64,000 nt of DNA, from the NCBI GenBank assembly GCA_051313645.2, contig JBNRSN020000025.1, positions 29,698,001-29,762,000 of the forward strand, in the 5' to 3' direction. The position numbers were made by a program, and so were the translations under genes. The stretch is from Centroscyllium fabricii. Lineage: Eukaryota. The notes under the pieces were generated by a model that saw only the letters and a list, made by a program, of their open reading frames with translations, made no database searches and was not told where the DNA came from. Of this stretch, positions 35,605 to 48,364 are shown one piece after another; position 1 is the first letter of the stretch, and every line of letters starts with the position of its first letter.

Positions 35605-36417
35605 TACTGTAAATCTGTGCTACAGTAACTGTAAATCTGTGCTATAGTAATTAAATCTGCTACAGTAACACAATCAGTGCTACAGTAACACAATCTGCTA
35701 CAATAACTGTACATTTGCTACAGTAAAACTAAATCTGTGCGACAGTAACACTAAATCTGTACTACAGTAAAACTAAATCTGTACTACAGTAAGACTAAAT
35801 CTGTGCTACAGTAAGACTAAATCTGTGCAACAGTAACTGTAAATCTGTGCTACAGTAAAACTGTAAACCTGTGCAACAGTTACACTGCAAATCTGTAGTA
35901 ACACTGTAAACCTGTGCTACAGTAACACTGTAAATCTGTGCTACAGTAACACTAAATCTATGCTACAGTAACTAAATCTGTGCTACAGTAACAATCTATA
36001 ATACAGTAACATTGTAAATCTGCTACAGTGACACTGTAAATCTGTGCTACAGTAACTCTAAATCTGTGCTACAGTAACATTGTAAACCTGTGTTACAATA
36101 ACACTAAATCTGTGCATTAGTAACACTGTAAATCTGTGCTACAGTAACTCTAAATCTGTGCGACAGTAACTGTAAACCTGTGCTACAGTAACACTAAATC
36201 TTTGCTATGGTAACACTAAACCTGTGCTAAAGTAACTCTGTAAATCAAACTACAGTAACACTAAACCTGTGCTCCAGTAACACTGTAAATCTGTGCTGCA
36301 GTAACACTAAATCTGTGCAACAGTAACACTAAATCTGTGCAACAGTAACACTAAATCTGTGCAACAGTAACTGTAAATCTGTGCTACAGTAATACTGTAA
36401 ATCTGTGCTACAGTAAC

Positions 36418-36896
36418 TGTAATGGGTGTAGGTTGGGCCCAAATGCAATACACCGAAACAGCATACGTAGAAGTAAACTACTTTATTTCTGAGCAGTAGA
36501 AGACACTGGTAACAGTGGGTCGATATGTAGGCAGAAAGTTCACAGAGGCAACAAGTCCAAAACAGAGGTCAGGCAGAAGAGAATCCAAATACCAAAAACA
36601 GATCAATACGGGTAGTCAGTCCACGAGAGCAACAAATCCAAACGAGGTCAGGCAGAAGAGAATCCAAATTCCAGAAAGCAGGTCAGTATCTCGAACAGGC
36701 AGGATCAGAGAGCTTAGAACAAAACACAGGTTATCTCAGTCAGAAAGCACAAACGATCTGGCAACCACTATGTAGAAAGCAGGGGCCTATATACAGCTCC
36801 TGATTATCACTGGTGACTCTGGGCTGTTCAATCAGGTGCGGGCAGTAGAGTTAACGAGGTGATAACCAGTTAAAGGGGAAGAGCCAACCTATGACA
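36418..36896 (-). mobile_element. Solo LTR
   Basis: TGT...ACA ends, perfect 5-bp TSD gtaac (36413-36417/36897-36901); TATA and AATAAA on the - strand. Confidence 0.88.
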
Positions 36897-37656
36897 GTAA
36901 CACTAAATCTGTGCTACGGTAACACTAAATCAGTGCTGTAGTAACACTAAATCTGTGCTACAGTAACACTAAATCTATGCTACAGTAACTGTAAATCTGT
37001 GCTACAGTAACATTGTAAACCTGTGTTACAGTAACTGTAAATCTGTGCATTAGTCACACTGTAAACCTGTGCTACAGTAACTGTAAATCTGTGCTATGGT
37101 AACACTAAACCTGTGCTAAAGTAACTCTGTAAATCAAGCTACAGTAACACTAAACCTGTGCTCCAGTAACACTGTAAATCTGTGCTACAGTAAAACTAAA
37201 TCTGTGCTACAGTAACACTAAATCTGTGCAACAGTAACTGTAAATCTGTGCTACAGTAACATTAAGTCTGTGCTACAGTAACTAACTATGTGCTACGGTA
37301 ACACTGTAAACCTGTGCTATGCTCACACTAAACCTGTGCTAAAGTAACTCTGTAAATCAAACTACATTAACACTAAACCTGTGCTCCAGTAACACTAAAT
37401 CTGTGCTACAGTAACAATAAATCTGTACTACATTAATACTCTAAATCTGTGCTACAGTAACACTAAATCTGTACTACAGTAATACTCTAAATCTGTGCTG
37501 TAGTAACACTAAATCTGTGCTACAGTAACACTAAATCTGTGCTACAGTAACTGTAAATATGTGCTATGGTAACACTGTAAATATGTACTACAGTAACACT
37601 GTAAATCTGTGCTATGGTAACACTAAATCTGTGCTACAGTAACACTGGAAATCTGT

Positions 37657-37965
37657 GAATCATAGAATTCCTACAGTGCAGATAGAGGTCATTTCGGCCC
37701 ATCGAGCCTGCACTGACACATATCCCACCCTATCCCCGTAACCCCATATATTTAATCCCCCAAACACTAAGGGTCAATTTATCCTGGCCAATCAACCTAA
37801 CCCGCACATCTTTGGACTATGTGAGGAAACCGGAGCACCCGGAGGAAACCCACGCAGACACGGGGAGAATGTGCAAACTCCACACAGTCACCCGAGGCCG
37901 GATTTGAACCCGAGCCCCTAGCGCTGTGAGGCAACAGTGCTAACCACTATGCCACCGTGCCGCCC
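37657..37965 (-). mobile_element. Full-length HE1-like SINE (short tail)
   Basis: Head, V-domain and tail as at 47257-47567. Confidence 0.92.
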
Positions 37966-38128
37966 TAAATCTGTGCTACAGTAACTATACATCTGTGCTA
38001 CAGTAACACTGTAAACCTGTGCTACAGCAACACTGTAAATCTGTGCTGTAGTAACTCTGTAAACCTATGCTACAGTAACACTAAATCTGTGCTACAGTAA
38101 CACTAAATCTGTGCTACAGTAACACTGT

Positions 38129-41100
38129 TGACGTATCGTCAATAAGACTCAAAGACGAATAGTTACCTCAACTAAAGACTTTTATTAACTATAGAACAGA
38201 GCTGGTCTTTGGCTGAGCTCAGGACGGTAAATGACCGTGGTGATGGTGAGCAGCCACCTATATACTCCGACATGAGGGGAGGAGTTAGAGGTGGGGCGGT
38301 TCCTGCAGTCAGGTATGTACAGGTATATACAGATATATATATATAGCAATGCAGTAAGGTCGTTACTGGTACAGACATTATATACAAGTGGTAAATACAG
38401 GGTTACCACATTCGCCCCTTCTTTAAAAATGAGTCCGGCGGGGTGAATGTGTGTCAGCATTCTGCAATCAGTCTCTCCGCGGGGTCTGGGGCGTGTTGTC
38501 CGCCACCGGTGCTGGCGGCGTGCTGTCCATCCTGCAGTCGTCAGATGGCGATGTCAAGGGCCCAGGCGTGTGTGTGTATGCGGGCCAGTGGTCGGTGGGT
38601 GGTGGCTGGCCGAGCTGGGGCTCGGCCGGGGGTTCTGTGTTTGTGGTCCCGGCGGGCGCCAGGTCCCTGATTGAGACCGTGTCTTCCTGCCCGTCCGGGT
38701 ATGCCACATATGCATATTGTGTGTTGGCGTGGAGCAGGTGCACCCATTCCACTAGGGGGTCCGTCTTGTGGCCGCGGACATGCTTCCTAAGCAAGACTTG
38801 CCCCGGCGTGGTCAGCCACCGCGGGAGTGCTGTCCTCGAAGTCAATTTCCTAGGGAAGGAAAGCAGTTGTTCGTGAGGTGTGGCGTTAATTATGTTGCAC
38901 AGCAGAGAGCGGATGGAATGGAGTGTGTCGGGGAGGACCTCTTGCCAACGGGAGACTGGAAGGCCTCTGGACTTAAGGGCCAGGGTGACCGCCTTCCAGA
39001 TCGTCCCGTTCTCTCTTTCTACCTGGCTGTTCCCCCGGGGGTTGTAACTGGTCGTTCTGCTCGAGGCAATCCCCTTCTGGAGCAGAAACTGACGCAGTTC
39101 GTTGCTCATGAACGACGACCCCCGGTCGCTGTGGATGTAGCCGGGGAGGCCGAAGATGGCGAATAGCGTGGTGAAGTGTTTGATCACCGTTGTGCTCGTC
39201 ATATCTGGGCAGGGGAAGGCAAAGGGGAAGCGGGAGAACTCGTCGATGACCGTGAGGAAATACGAGTTGCGGTCAGTGGAGGGGAGGGGACCTTTGAAGT
39301 CCACACACAGGCGCTCGAATGGGCGGGTGGCCTTGATGAGGTGGGCCCTGTCTGGCCTGTAAAATTGGGGTTTGCACTCAGTACAGACAGGGCACTCTTT
39401 GGTCATAGCCTTGATCTCCGAGATGGAGTAGGGGAGGCTGCGAGACTTGACAAAGTGGGCGAGTCTGGTGACACCCGGGTGGCAGTCTATCGTGGAGGGC
39501 CTGCAGCCGGTCAAGCTGGGCGCTGGCGCATGTTCCCCTGGACAGGGCGTCCGGGGGCTCGTTAAGCTTACCGGGCCGATAAAAAATGTCGTACTCGTAA
39601 GTCGAGAGCTCGATCCGCCACCGAAGGATCTTGTCATTCTTAATTTTACCCCGTTGTTTATTGTTAAACATAAACGCCACCAACCGTTGGTCAGTGAGCA
39701 GGGTAAATCTCTTACCGGCCAGGTAGTGGCGCCAGTAGCGCACTGCCTCCACAATAGCCTGGGCCTCCTTTTCCACTGAGGAGTGGCGAATTTCGGGTCC
39801 CTGTAGGGTCCGGGGGAAGAAAGCGACAGGCCTGCCCGCCTGGTTGAGGGTGGCAGCTAGGGCAAAGTCCGATACGTCACTCTCAACCTGGAAGGGAATG
39901 GACTCATCAACAGCATGCATGGTAGCCTTGATGATGCCTTCCTTAATCTAGGCGAAGGCCGTTTGGGCTTCTACCGAGAGTGGGAAGACGTCGGCCTTGA
40001 GAAGAGGCCTGGCCTTATCCGCGTACTGGGGAACCCATTGTGCGTAATAGGAGAAAAACCCCAGGCATCTCTTCAAGGCTTTGAGGTTGTGAGGTAAGGG
40101 CAGCTCCTGCAGGGGGTGCATATGTTGGGGATCGTTGCCGAGGACCCCGTTTTCCACCACATAGCCGAGGATGGCGAGCTGGTCCGTACTAAAGGTACAC
40201 TTCTCTTTATTGTATGTCAGGTTCAGCCGCTGGGCCCTGTGAAGGAATTTGGCGAGATTGGCATTGTGGTCCTGCTGGTCATGGCCGCAGATGGTCACGT
40301 TGTCCAGATAGGAGGAGGTGGCCTGCAACTCGTTCTAGTCAACCATCCGGTCCATCTCCCGTTGGAAGACCGACACTCCATTGGTAACGCCGAAGGGGAC
40401 CCAGAGGAAGTGGTAGAGCCGACCGTTCGCCTCGAAGGCGGTGTATCGGCGGTCTGACGCCCGGATGGGGAGCTGGTGATACGCCAACTTAAGGTCAATA
40501 GTGGAGAAGACCTTGTATTGGGCGATCTGGTTGACCATATCTGAGATTCGGGGAAGTGGGTACGTGTCGAGCCCAGTGTAGTGGTTAATGGCCTGGCTAT
40601 AGTCTATGACCATGCGCAGTTTTTCACCTGTATTAACCACCACGACCTGGGCCCTCCAGGGGCTGGTGCTGGCCTCGATGATCCCTTCCCGTAACAGGCG
40701 CTCAACCTCCGTCCTGATAAACGCCCGGTCCCCCGCACTGTATCGCCGACTCTTGGTTGCAATGGGATTGCACTTGGGGTCGAGGTTGGCGAACAGTGAC
40801 GGGGGGTCGACCTTCAGCGTGGACAGGCTGTAGGTTGAGCGCCGTAGTAGGTCGGGATCATCCCGGCTACTGACTGTGAGGGGGGCCAGGGGCCCACCGT
40901 ATGCCATCGTTACACTCTGCAGGTGACACTGGAAATCCAGTCCCAGTAATACTGGGGCGCAGAGCTGTGGGAGAGCGTACAACTTGAAGTTGCGGTATGT
41001 GCGGTCCCTGATGGTGAGCGTAACGCTGCAGTAGCCGGTGATGTCCGCCGTGTGGGACTTGGAGGCTAGCGAGATTTGGTAACGCGTGGGCCGGGTCTGC

Positions 41101-42817
41101 AGTGCATAGCGCCGCACCGTGTCGGGGTGTATAAAGCTCTCTGTGCTGCCGGTGTTGAACAGGCAGTTAGTGGCATGCCCCTCTCCCTTGATCCCCATGA
41201 TGGAGTTGGACAAGGCGTGCGGCCTGGACTGGTCGGCCGTAGCTGAGGCCGATGTTGGGTGTGTGTAGGGGCCCTCCGATAGCTGGGGCCTCGTCTGGGG
41301 TGAGTAGCAAGATGGCCACGCTGAAGATGGCGGCGCCGGTGATTCGCACGTGTCTGGCCATTGCCACGGCAAAGATGGCGGCGCCTGTTGTGGCAAAGAT
41401 GGCGGCGCCCGTGGTTTGCACGCGGCTGGCCGCTGTTGTGTGGAAGATGGCGGCGCCAGTGGTTCGCATGCAGCTGGCTGCGACTGTGTGGAAGATGGCG
41501 GCGCCCGTGGTTCGCACGCGGCCAACCGCGACTGTACCAAAGATGGCGGCGCTGGCGAGTTGCACATGGCCGGCTGCGCCCATGCCAAAGATGGCGGCTC
41601 CTGCGCCACGTGCGCGGCCGGCCGCCGCCGTGATTTTAAAAGAGATGGCGGCGCCCGTAGTTTGCACGTGGCTGGCCGCTGCTGGGTCGTGCTGCGGCAC
41701 CGTACCTGTGGCCACGGAGTGGCATCATTGGCTTCGCTGGCCGCACTGTTGGGTCTGGAGGTCGGGCTCGACTTGCAGGCTTTGGCGAAGTGGCCCTTCT
41801 TCCCGCACTTCGCGCAGGTCGCGCTCTTCGTGGGGCACAGTGATCGCGGGTGTTTCGCCTGGCCGCAGAAGTAGCATTTGGGCCCCGCCGGCGTCTTCGC
41901 AGCTGCCGCTGCCGTCGTTGGGGCCTCGGCCCGTGTCTGCGGTGCCCAGAGGTTAGGTGGGCCTGCGTGGAAGTTGCTCTCCCCGTATGCATCCAAGCGC
42001 CGGAGTGCCCCATCCACCGCATTAGATAGCGTGATGGCGGACTCGAGCGATAGTTTTTCCTGCTCCAGTAGCCGTTGGCAGGCCTGGCTGGACCTGAGTC
42101 CTGTTACGTACGCATCGCGGACCAGGTGGTTGGCATATTCTTCTGCCGTCACTGCCTGGCAATCGCAGGCCCGTACGAGGGCTTGCAGCACTTGGAGAAA
42201 TTCTTCATTTGACTCACCCAGCCGTTGCCTTCTGGCCGACAGTAGATGCCTGGCGTAGACCGAGTTGACCGGGCGCATGAAGTTGTCCTTCAGTTTTTGG
42301 GCGGCGTCTGTATATGTTTTGGTGCCTCTAATGAATGAGTACACCCGGCCGCTGACTCTGGAGACCAGTACCTGCAGCTTGTCCTCATCACTGGTCGCTT
42401 TCACGGCCTTCATGTAGGCCTCGACACAGTGAAACCAATGTTCAAAGTCGTTTACAGCATTCGGCGCCTGGGGGTTGAGATCGAGGCGTTCCGGCTTTAC
42501 TGCGCTGCTCTCCATTTTCAAAATATAGTTAATAAAATTGACATATCGTCAATAAGACTCAAAGACGAATAGTTACCTCAACTAAAGGCTTTTATTAACT
42601 ATAGAACAGAGCTGGTCTTTGGCTGAGCTCAGGACGGTAAATGACCAGGGGATGGTGAGCAGCCACCTGTGTACTCCGACCTGAGGGGAGGAGTTAGAGG
42701 TGGAGCGGTTCCTGCAGCCAGTTATGTACAGGTATATACAGATATATATACAGCAATGCAGTAAGGTCGTTAGTGGTACAGACATTATATACAAGTGGTA
42801 AGTACAGGGATACCACA
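38129..42817 (-). mobile_element. Full-length Ty3/Gypsy LTR retrotransposon (Mag-like, two CCHC knuckles), inactivated
   Basis: LTRs 38129-38410 and 42539-42817 (TG...CA, ~5% diverged by hand count); 5-bp TSD actgt; PPT aagaaggggcgaa next to the 3' LTR; domain order gag-PR-RT-RH-IN. Confidence 0.96.
38468..42515 (-). pseudogene. Disrupted gag-pol polyprotein
   Basis: CYFCGQAKHPRSLC and CAKCGKKGHFAKAC knuckles; protease LFNTGS (D>N); RT IDLKLAYHQ and YLDN; RNase H ESDVSD; integrase VDFKG/HSDRG/VERENG; in-frame TAGs at ~40335 and ~39948 and a frameshift near 39490. Confidence 0.93.
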
Positions 42818-42912
42818 ACTGTGAAACTGCTACAGTAAAACTGGAAATCTGTGCTACAGGAACACGGTAAATCTGTGCTACAGTAGCACTAAATCTGCTA
42901 CAGTAACACCAA

Positions 42913-43228
42913 ATCATAGAATCATAGAATCCCTACAGTGCAGATAGAGGCCATTTCGGCCCATCGAGCCTGCACTGACACATATGCCACCCTATCCCCG
43001 TAACCCCACATATTTAATCTCCCTAACACCAAGGGTCAATTTATCCTGGCCAATCGACCTAGCCCGCACATCTTTGGACTGTGTGAGGAAACCGGAGCAC
43101 CCGGAGGAAACCCACGCAGACACGGGGAGAATGTGAAAACTCTACACAGATAGTTACCCACGGCTGGATTTGAACCCGGGCCCCTAGTGCTCTGAGGCAA
43201 CAGTGCTAACCGCTGTGCCACCGTGCCG
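42913..43228 (-). mobile_element. Full-length HE1-like SINE (short tail)
   Basis: As 37657-37965. Confidence 0.92.
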
Positions 43229-43904
43229 TAGTAACACTCTAAATCTGTGCTACAGTAACACTAAATCCATACTACAGTAATACTCTAAATCTGTGCTACA
43301 CTAACTGTAAATCTGTGCTACAGTAATACTGTAAATCTGTGCTACAGTAAATCTGTACTACAGTAACACTAAACCTGTGCTGCAGTAATTGTAAATACGT
43401 GCTACAGCAACACTGTAAATCTGTGCTACAGTAACACTGTAAATCTCTGCTACAATAACTAAATCGGTGCTACAGTAACACTGTAAATCTCTGCTGTTGT
43501 AACACTGGAAATCTGTGCTACAGTAACACTAAACCTGCTGCAGTAACTGTAAATCCATACTACAGTAACACTAAATCTGTGCTACAGTAACACTAAACTT
43601 GTGCTATAGTAACACTGTAAACCTGTGCTACAGTGACACTAAATCTGTGCTACAGCAACACTGTAAACCTGTGCTGTAGTAACACTAAATCTGTGCTACA
43701 GAAACACTAAATCTGTGCCAGAGTAACACTAAATCTGTGCTACAGTGACACGGTAAATCTGTACCTGTACTACATTAATATTCTGGGGTCTGAGATCTCA
43801 GATAGTAAATTGTACTGGCAGTGCTGTAACAAGAATATTGCACCATGGTGTCCAGCAGCTTTGGTAAGTTAATTGCATTGCCCAGTAACAGCCTATTACT
43901 GAAG

Positions 43905-44240
43905 ACTGTTCTAGTGTTGTGTGGTACAGTGACTGAGGGGTCTAGAATGAGAGGGACATAGATATAAGAATAAAGGTTAGATTTAGGACAGAGAGCAGGA
44001 GAAGCTCGTTTACACAGAGTGTTGTGAGGCTGTGGAATGCACGACTGAAGTTGGTGATTGAAGCAGCGACCTCGTCAACATTGAAGAATAGATTAGATAG
44101 ACGGTTGAAGGAAAAAGGGGATAAAGGGATATGGGAGCAGGGTGGGCACATTGGATTAGGACTAATGCTAATGTGGAGGCTGAACAACACAGACTGATTG
44201 AGCTGAGCAGCCTGCTTCTGTGTCATAATCTCTATGTAAT
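43905..44240 (+). mobile_element. Old CR1 3' fragment
   Basis: tttacacagagtgttgtgaggctgtggaatgc and CR1-like tail. Confidence 0.65.
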
Positions 44241-45209
44241 TAAGTCTGTACAACTGTTCCTTCAATGAACAGAAACCGATTCAGTCCCTGGTGGGCCCCC
44301 ACACACATCTCCAACCCCCTCGTTTAAATTTTTTCATTTTAATTGTCTTTATTCTGAATTCTTGAAAATCAAACTGCTTTGTTCCTGCTATCACTGACGG
44401 GATCATTTAACGACTGCTGCTGAATCAGGGAGGCTCCTTACTGATCTGTTCGCTGACAACTGAGCACACAGGAGGGCTGAGCCCCAAGTCCTCCCAGGGT
44501 TAGCCAGAGACGAGGGAGAAAAAAAACATGACAGAAAGAAATAGAGCATAATATCTGGAAAGGAAAAAAAGCTCCAGTGAGATCCTAAAGCGAAAAGACC
44601 CAGAAACAATCTCAATGATCTGACACACTGGATGAGTGGCAAATCTCACAATGGAACCACAGGCCTCAAACAGTCGTTGGCATAGAAACCATCGGCAATG
44701 GACCTTGAACATCCCGTGAGTGATCGCACAAACTCTATTCAACTTTGCATCCACCCTGTCAACAGGAAGAAAATCATCTTACCACCGCCAGCACAAAGCT
44801 TCATTCATTACACTTTCTAGAACATTCCAGCTGAACAGAAATGGCCATTTTTTTTAATACACCATTCTTATTTTAACAGCTGCTCCTGGGAGGGGTTTGA
44901 TTTTAATGTCGACCCCAGGGATTCCATTCATTTCTTCTTCGGAATACACATATATACACATTTTTTTCTCTCAATCATTCTTTTTCCTGAACTTCTTTTC
45001 TCCCTACTAAATATTTTCAATAGGGAAACCGCAGAAAATGAAGAGAACGGTTTTTAAACACATTCAAAAAATTGTGAATGATAATAAATAATAGTTCTTT
45101 AAATTCATTCTTTTTTTAAGTGCTATTCGAAAACATTTTGTACCAAAGCTTTTTTTAAAGACCATTAAGGTGCCCAGGCATCAATCCTAAAGGGAACAAC
45201 ACTTTGTCC

Positions 45210-45530
45210 TGTCGCTGTCTTTCAGATGAGACATTAAACTGAGGCCCCGTCTGCTCTCTTGGGTGGATGTAAAAGATCCCATGGCACTATTTTGAAAAAG
45301 AGCAGGGGAGTTCTCCCCGGTGTCCTGGCTAATATTTATCCCTCAATCAGCATAACAAAAACAGATGATCTGGTCATTATCATATTGTTTTTGTGGGACC
45401 TTGCTGTGTGCAAATTGGCTGCTACGTTTCCCACGTTACAACAGTCACTGCACTTCAAAAGTACTTCATTGGCTGTAAAGCGCTTTGAGACGTCTGGTGG
45501 TCGTAAAAGGCGCGATATATTTTTTCTTTT
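45210..45530 (+). mobile_element. DeuSINE fragment
   Basis: gtctttcagatgagacattaaactgaggcccc core and tail as at 21010-21478. Confidence 0.8.
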
Positions 45531-45884
45531 GCATTCTGGAGCTGTTTTAACTTTTGCTGCTGTTAATCCAGGTAGGCATTCCCCCTCCCTTCCTGAAGGT
45601 GCTGACTCTTGCTCCAGCACCTTGCTTGCATGCCAGAAACCCATTGCTAGCTCGCCCAAGCAGCCATTCTTCATGGTGAGCCCTGGTGCAAAGGGTCAGC
45701 AGCCTATTTGACTGCGGGAAGCTTCACAACCAAGCCAGATCCTGCCCTAACCCAACATCCACTTTTCACCAGGGGTCACCGGACAGTAATCGGGTGAAAA
45801 CGCCAATTTTCCGCTCGCCCCCAATCCAAGAGTGCTGAGGACAACTATAGCACCCCGGTCATTGCCCCATCTCAGGCTACATAG

Positions 45885-46750
45885 ATTGACACAGAATTTA
45901 CTGCATAGAAACCGGCCATTTGACCCAACTGGTCTATGTTGGTGTTTATGCTCCCCACAAGCCTCCTCCCACCTTACTTCATCTCACCCCATCAACAGAT
46001 CCTTCTATTCCTTTCTCCCTCACGCGTTTACCTAGCTTCCCCTTAAATGCGTCTACGCTATTCACCTCAACTACTCCCTGTTGTAGCGAGTTCCACATTC
46101 TAACCACTCTTTGGGTAAAGAAGTTTCTCCTGAATTCCTTATTGGATTTATTAGTGACTATCTTATATTTCTGGCCCCTAGTTTTGGTCTACCCCACAAG
46201 CAGAAACATCTTCTCTACATCGACCCTATCAAATCGCTTCATAACTTTTAAAGACCTCTCTTTGGTCACCCCCTCAGCCTTCTCTTTTCTAGAGAAAAGA
46301 GCCCCAGCCTGTTCAGTCTTTCCTGATAGTTCTAACCTCTCAGTTCTGGTATCATCCTTGTAAATCATTTTTACACATACTCCAGTGTCTTAGAATCATA
46401 GAATCCCTACAGTGCAGATAGAGGCCATTTCGGCCCATCGAGCCTGCACCGACACATATCCCACCCTATCCCCGTAACCCCACATATTCAATCCCCCTAA
46501 CACTAAGGGTCAATTTATCCTGGCCAATCAACCTAACCTGCACATCTTTGGACTGTGGGAGGAAACCGGAGCACCCGGAGGAAACCCACGCAGACACGGG
46601 GAGAATGTGCAAACTCCACACAGATAGTCACCCGAGGCCGGATCTGAACCCGGGCCCCTGGCGCTGTGAGGCAACAGTGCTAACCACTATGCCACCGGGC
46701 TGTCTTATTATCCCTTTTGTAATTATGGAGACCAGAACTGTATAAAGTAC
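45885..46750 (-). mobile_element. CR1 3' fragment with nested HE1-like SINE (46391-46698, -)
   Basis: Antisense CR1 ORF2 end (ORF 45920-46363 is its mirror) and a complete SINE. Confidence 0.85.
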
Positions 46751-46937
46751 TCCAACCTCCAATATTCTCTCCTCCTCTCCTGAAGGTAACTCAGTACTGA
46801 CCACAGATGGAAACTGCCTTCCTGCTCTGGTAGATTTACCCCGGCGGGCACTGGAAAACACTATCTCAGTGAAACATTGGTTTAACATGACCTGAGTTGA
46901 ATGTTTCCTGGATACCTCCTCAGTAAATATTTACTCG

Positions 46938-47120
46938 ACATTCCCTGCTCTCTTACCCCCTCATCCAATTCCCTGCTCTCTCTTACCCCCTCATCAAATT
47001 CCCTGCTCTCTCTTACCCCCTCCTCCAATTCCCTGCTCTCTCTCTTACCCCCTCATCCAATTCCCTGCTCTCTCTCTTACCCCCTCCTCTAATTCTCTGT
47101 TCTCTTTTACCCCTCCTCCA
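46938..47120. repeat. ~30-bp pyrimidine-rich tandem repeat (ttccctgctctctcttaccccctcatccaa), ~6 copies
   Basis: Direct inspection. Confidence 0.9.
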
Positions 47121-47256
47121 ATCCCCACCCATCCTGTCCCAAACAATAAGTCAAATGATTTGGATCATCAGCTGGGGTTAGCATTTTTCATGTGTCCTTG
47201 AAATGTGGGCACCTCTGGCAAGGCAGCATTTCTAGCCCATTCCTAGTTACCTTGAT

Positions 47257-47567
47257 GGCGGCACGGTGGCATAGTGGTTAGCACTGTTGCCTCACAGCGC
47301 CAGGGGCCCGGGTTCAAACCCGGCCTCGGGTGACTATCTGTGTGGAGTTTGCACATTCTCCCCGTGTCTGCGTGGGTTTCCTCCGGGTGCTCCGGTTTCC
47401 TCCCACAGTCCAAAGATGTGCGGGTTAGGTTGATTGGCCAGGATAAATTGACCCTTAGTGTTAGGGGGATTAAATATGTGGGGTTACGGGGATAGGGTGG
47501 GATATGTGTCGGTGCAGGCTCGATGGTCCGAAATGGCCTCTATCTGCACTGTAGGGATTCTATGATT
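47257..47567 (+). mobile_element. Full-length HE1-like SINE (short tail)
   Basis: Head ggcggcacggtggcatagtggttagcac, V-domain, ttctatga end. Confidence 0.93.
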
Positions 47568-47604
47568 AAACATCAACCACGTGGCCAAATTTAACATACA
47601 CGGA

Positions 47605-48025
47605 TGGAAGACTTCAGTTATGTGGAGAGACTACAGAAACTGCGATTGCTCTTCTTAGAGCAGAGAAGGTTAAGAGGAGATTTAATAGAAATGTTCAATA
47701 TCATGAAGGGTTTTGAAAGAGTCAATGAGTAGTACTTGTTTCCACTGGTAGGAGGTTCGGTAACCAGAGGACAAAGAGTCAGTGGTTACACGAGGGGGAA
47801 AATGTAGTCAGTTGTTATGATCTGGAATGCGCTGCCTGTTAGATCGGTGGAAGCAGATTCAATAGTAACTTTCCAAAGGGAATTGGAGAAATACCTGAAG
47901 TGGAAAAGTTTACAGGGCTATGGGGAAAGAGCAGAGAGTGGGGCTAATTGGATAGCTCTACCAAAGAGCTGGCAAAGGCACAATGGGCCGAATGGCCTCC
48001 TTCTGTGCTGTATCAGTTTATGATT
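47605..48025 (+). mobile_element. CR1 3' fragment
   Basis: ttagagcagagaaggttaagaggagatttaataga plus tail. Confidence 0.8.
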
Positions 48026-48262
48026 CTACTTCCTGCCCCTCTGGTATTCTGTAACCATTTACACCTCCCCAGGACACAGCTTCTGTTGCTGTACTCATCT
48101 CATTACCACCCCTTTTTGCCTTGTTCCACCATCCCTTTGGTCATTTATTCCCTCCTTCCCTCCTGCCCTCCACCCTATCACAGACCTCTGGTTCTTTTCC
48201 TGCTCCCTTCTTTTCCCTGCCTCTGTACTTGCTTAAAAACTGTTAAATCTCTAGCATCTTCC

Positions 48263-48299
48263 AGTTCTGATGAAAGGTCATTGACCTGAAACGTTAACT
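48263..48299 (+). ncRNA. Minimal hammerhead ribozyme (canonical core) in a Penelope-type fragment (~48030-48362)
   Basis: AGUU-CUGAUGA-A-AGGUC-AUU-GACCU-GAAA-CG-UU-AACU. Confidence 0.8.
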
Positions 48300-48364
48300 C
48301 TGTTTCTCACTCTACAGATGCTGCCGGATCTGCTGAGTATTTCCAGCGTTTTCTGTTTTTACTG

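Larger units (their letters stand above)
35605..43770. repeat. 22-24-bp minisatellite array (actaaatctgtgctacagtaac) interrupted by four insertions
   Basis: Units continue on both sides of each insertion; remnant units also just before 34887. Confidence 0.95.

Noticed and set aside
35605-38128. CRISPR-like periodicity
   Set aside because: Head-to-tail repeats without unique spacers, no cas genes, vertebrate context.
47257-47330. tRNA gene-like A/B boxes (also at 20392, 21010 and 32289)
   Set aside because: SINE heads that run into SINE bodies and LINE-derived tails.
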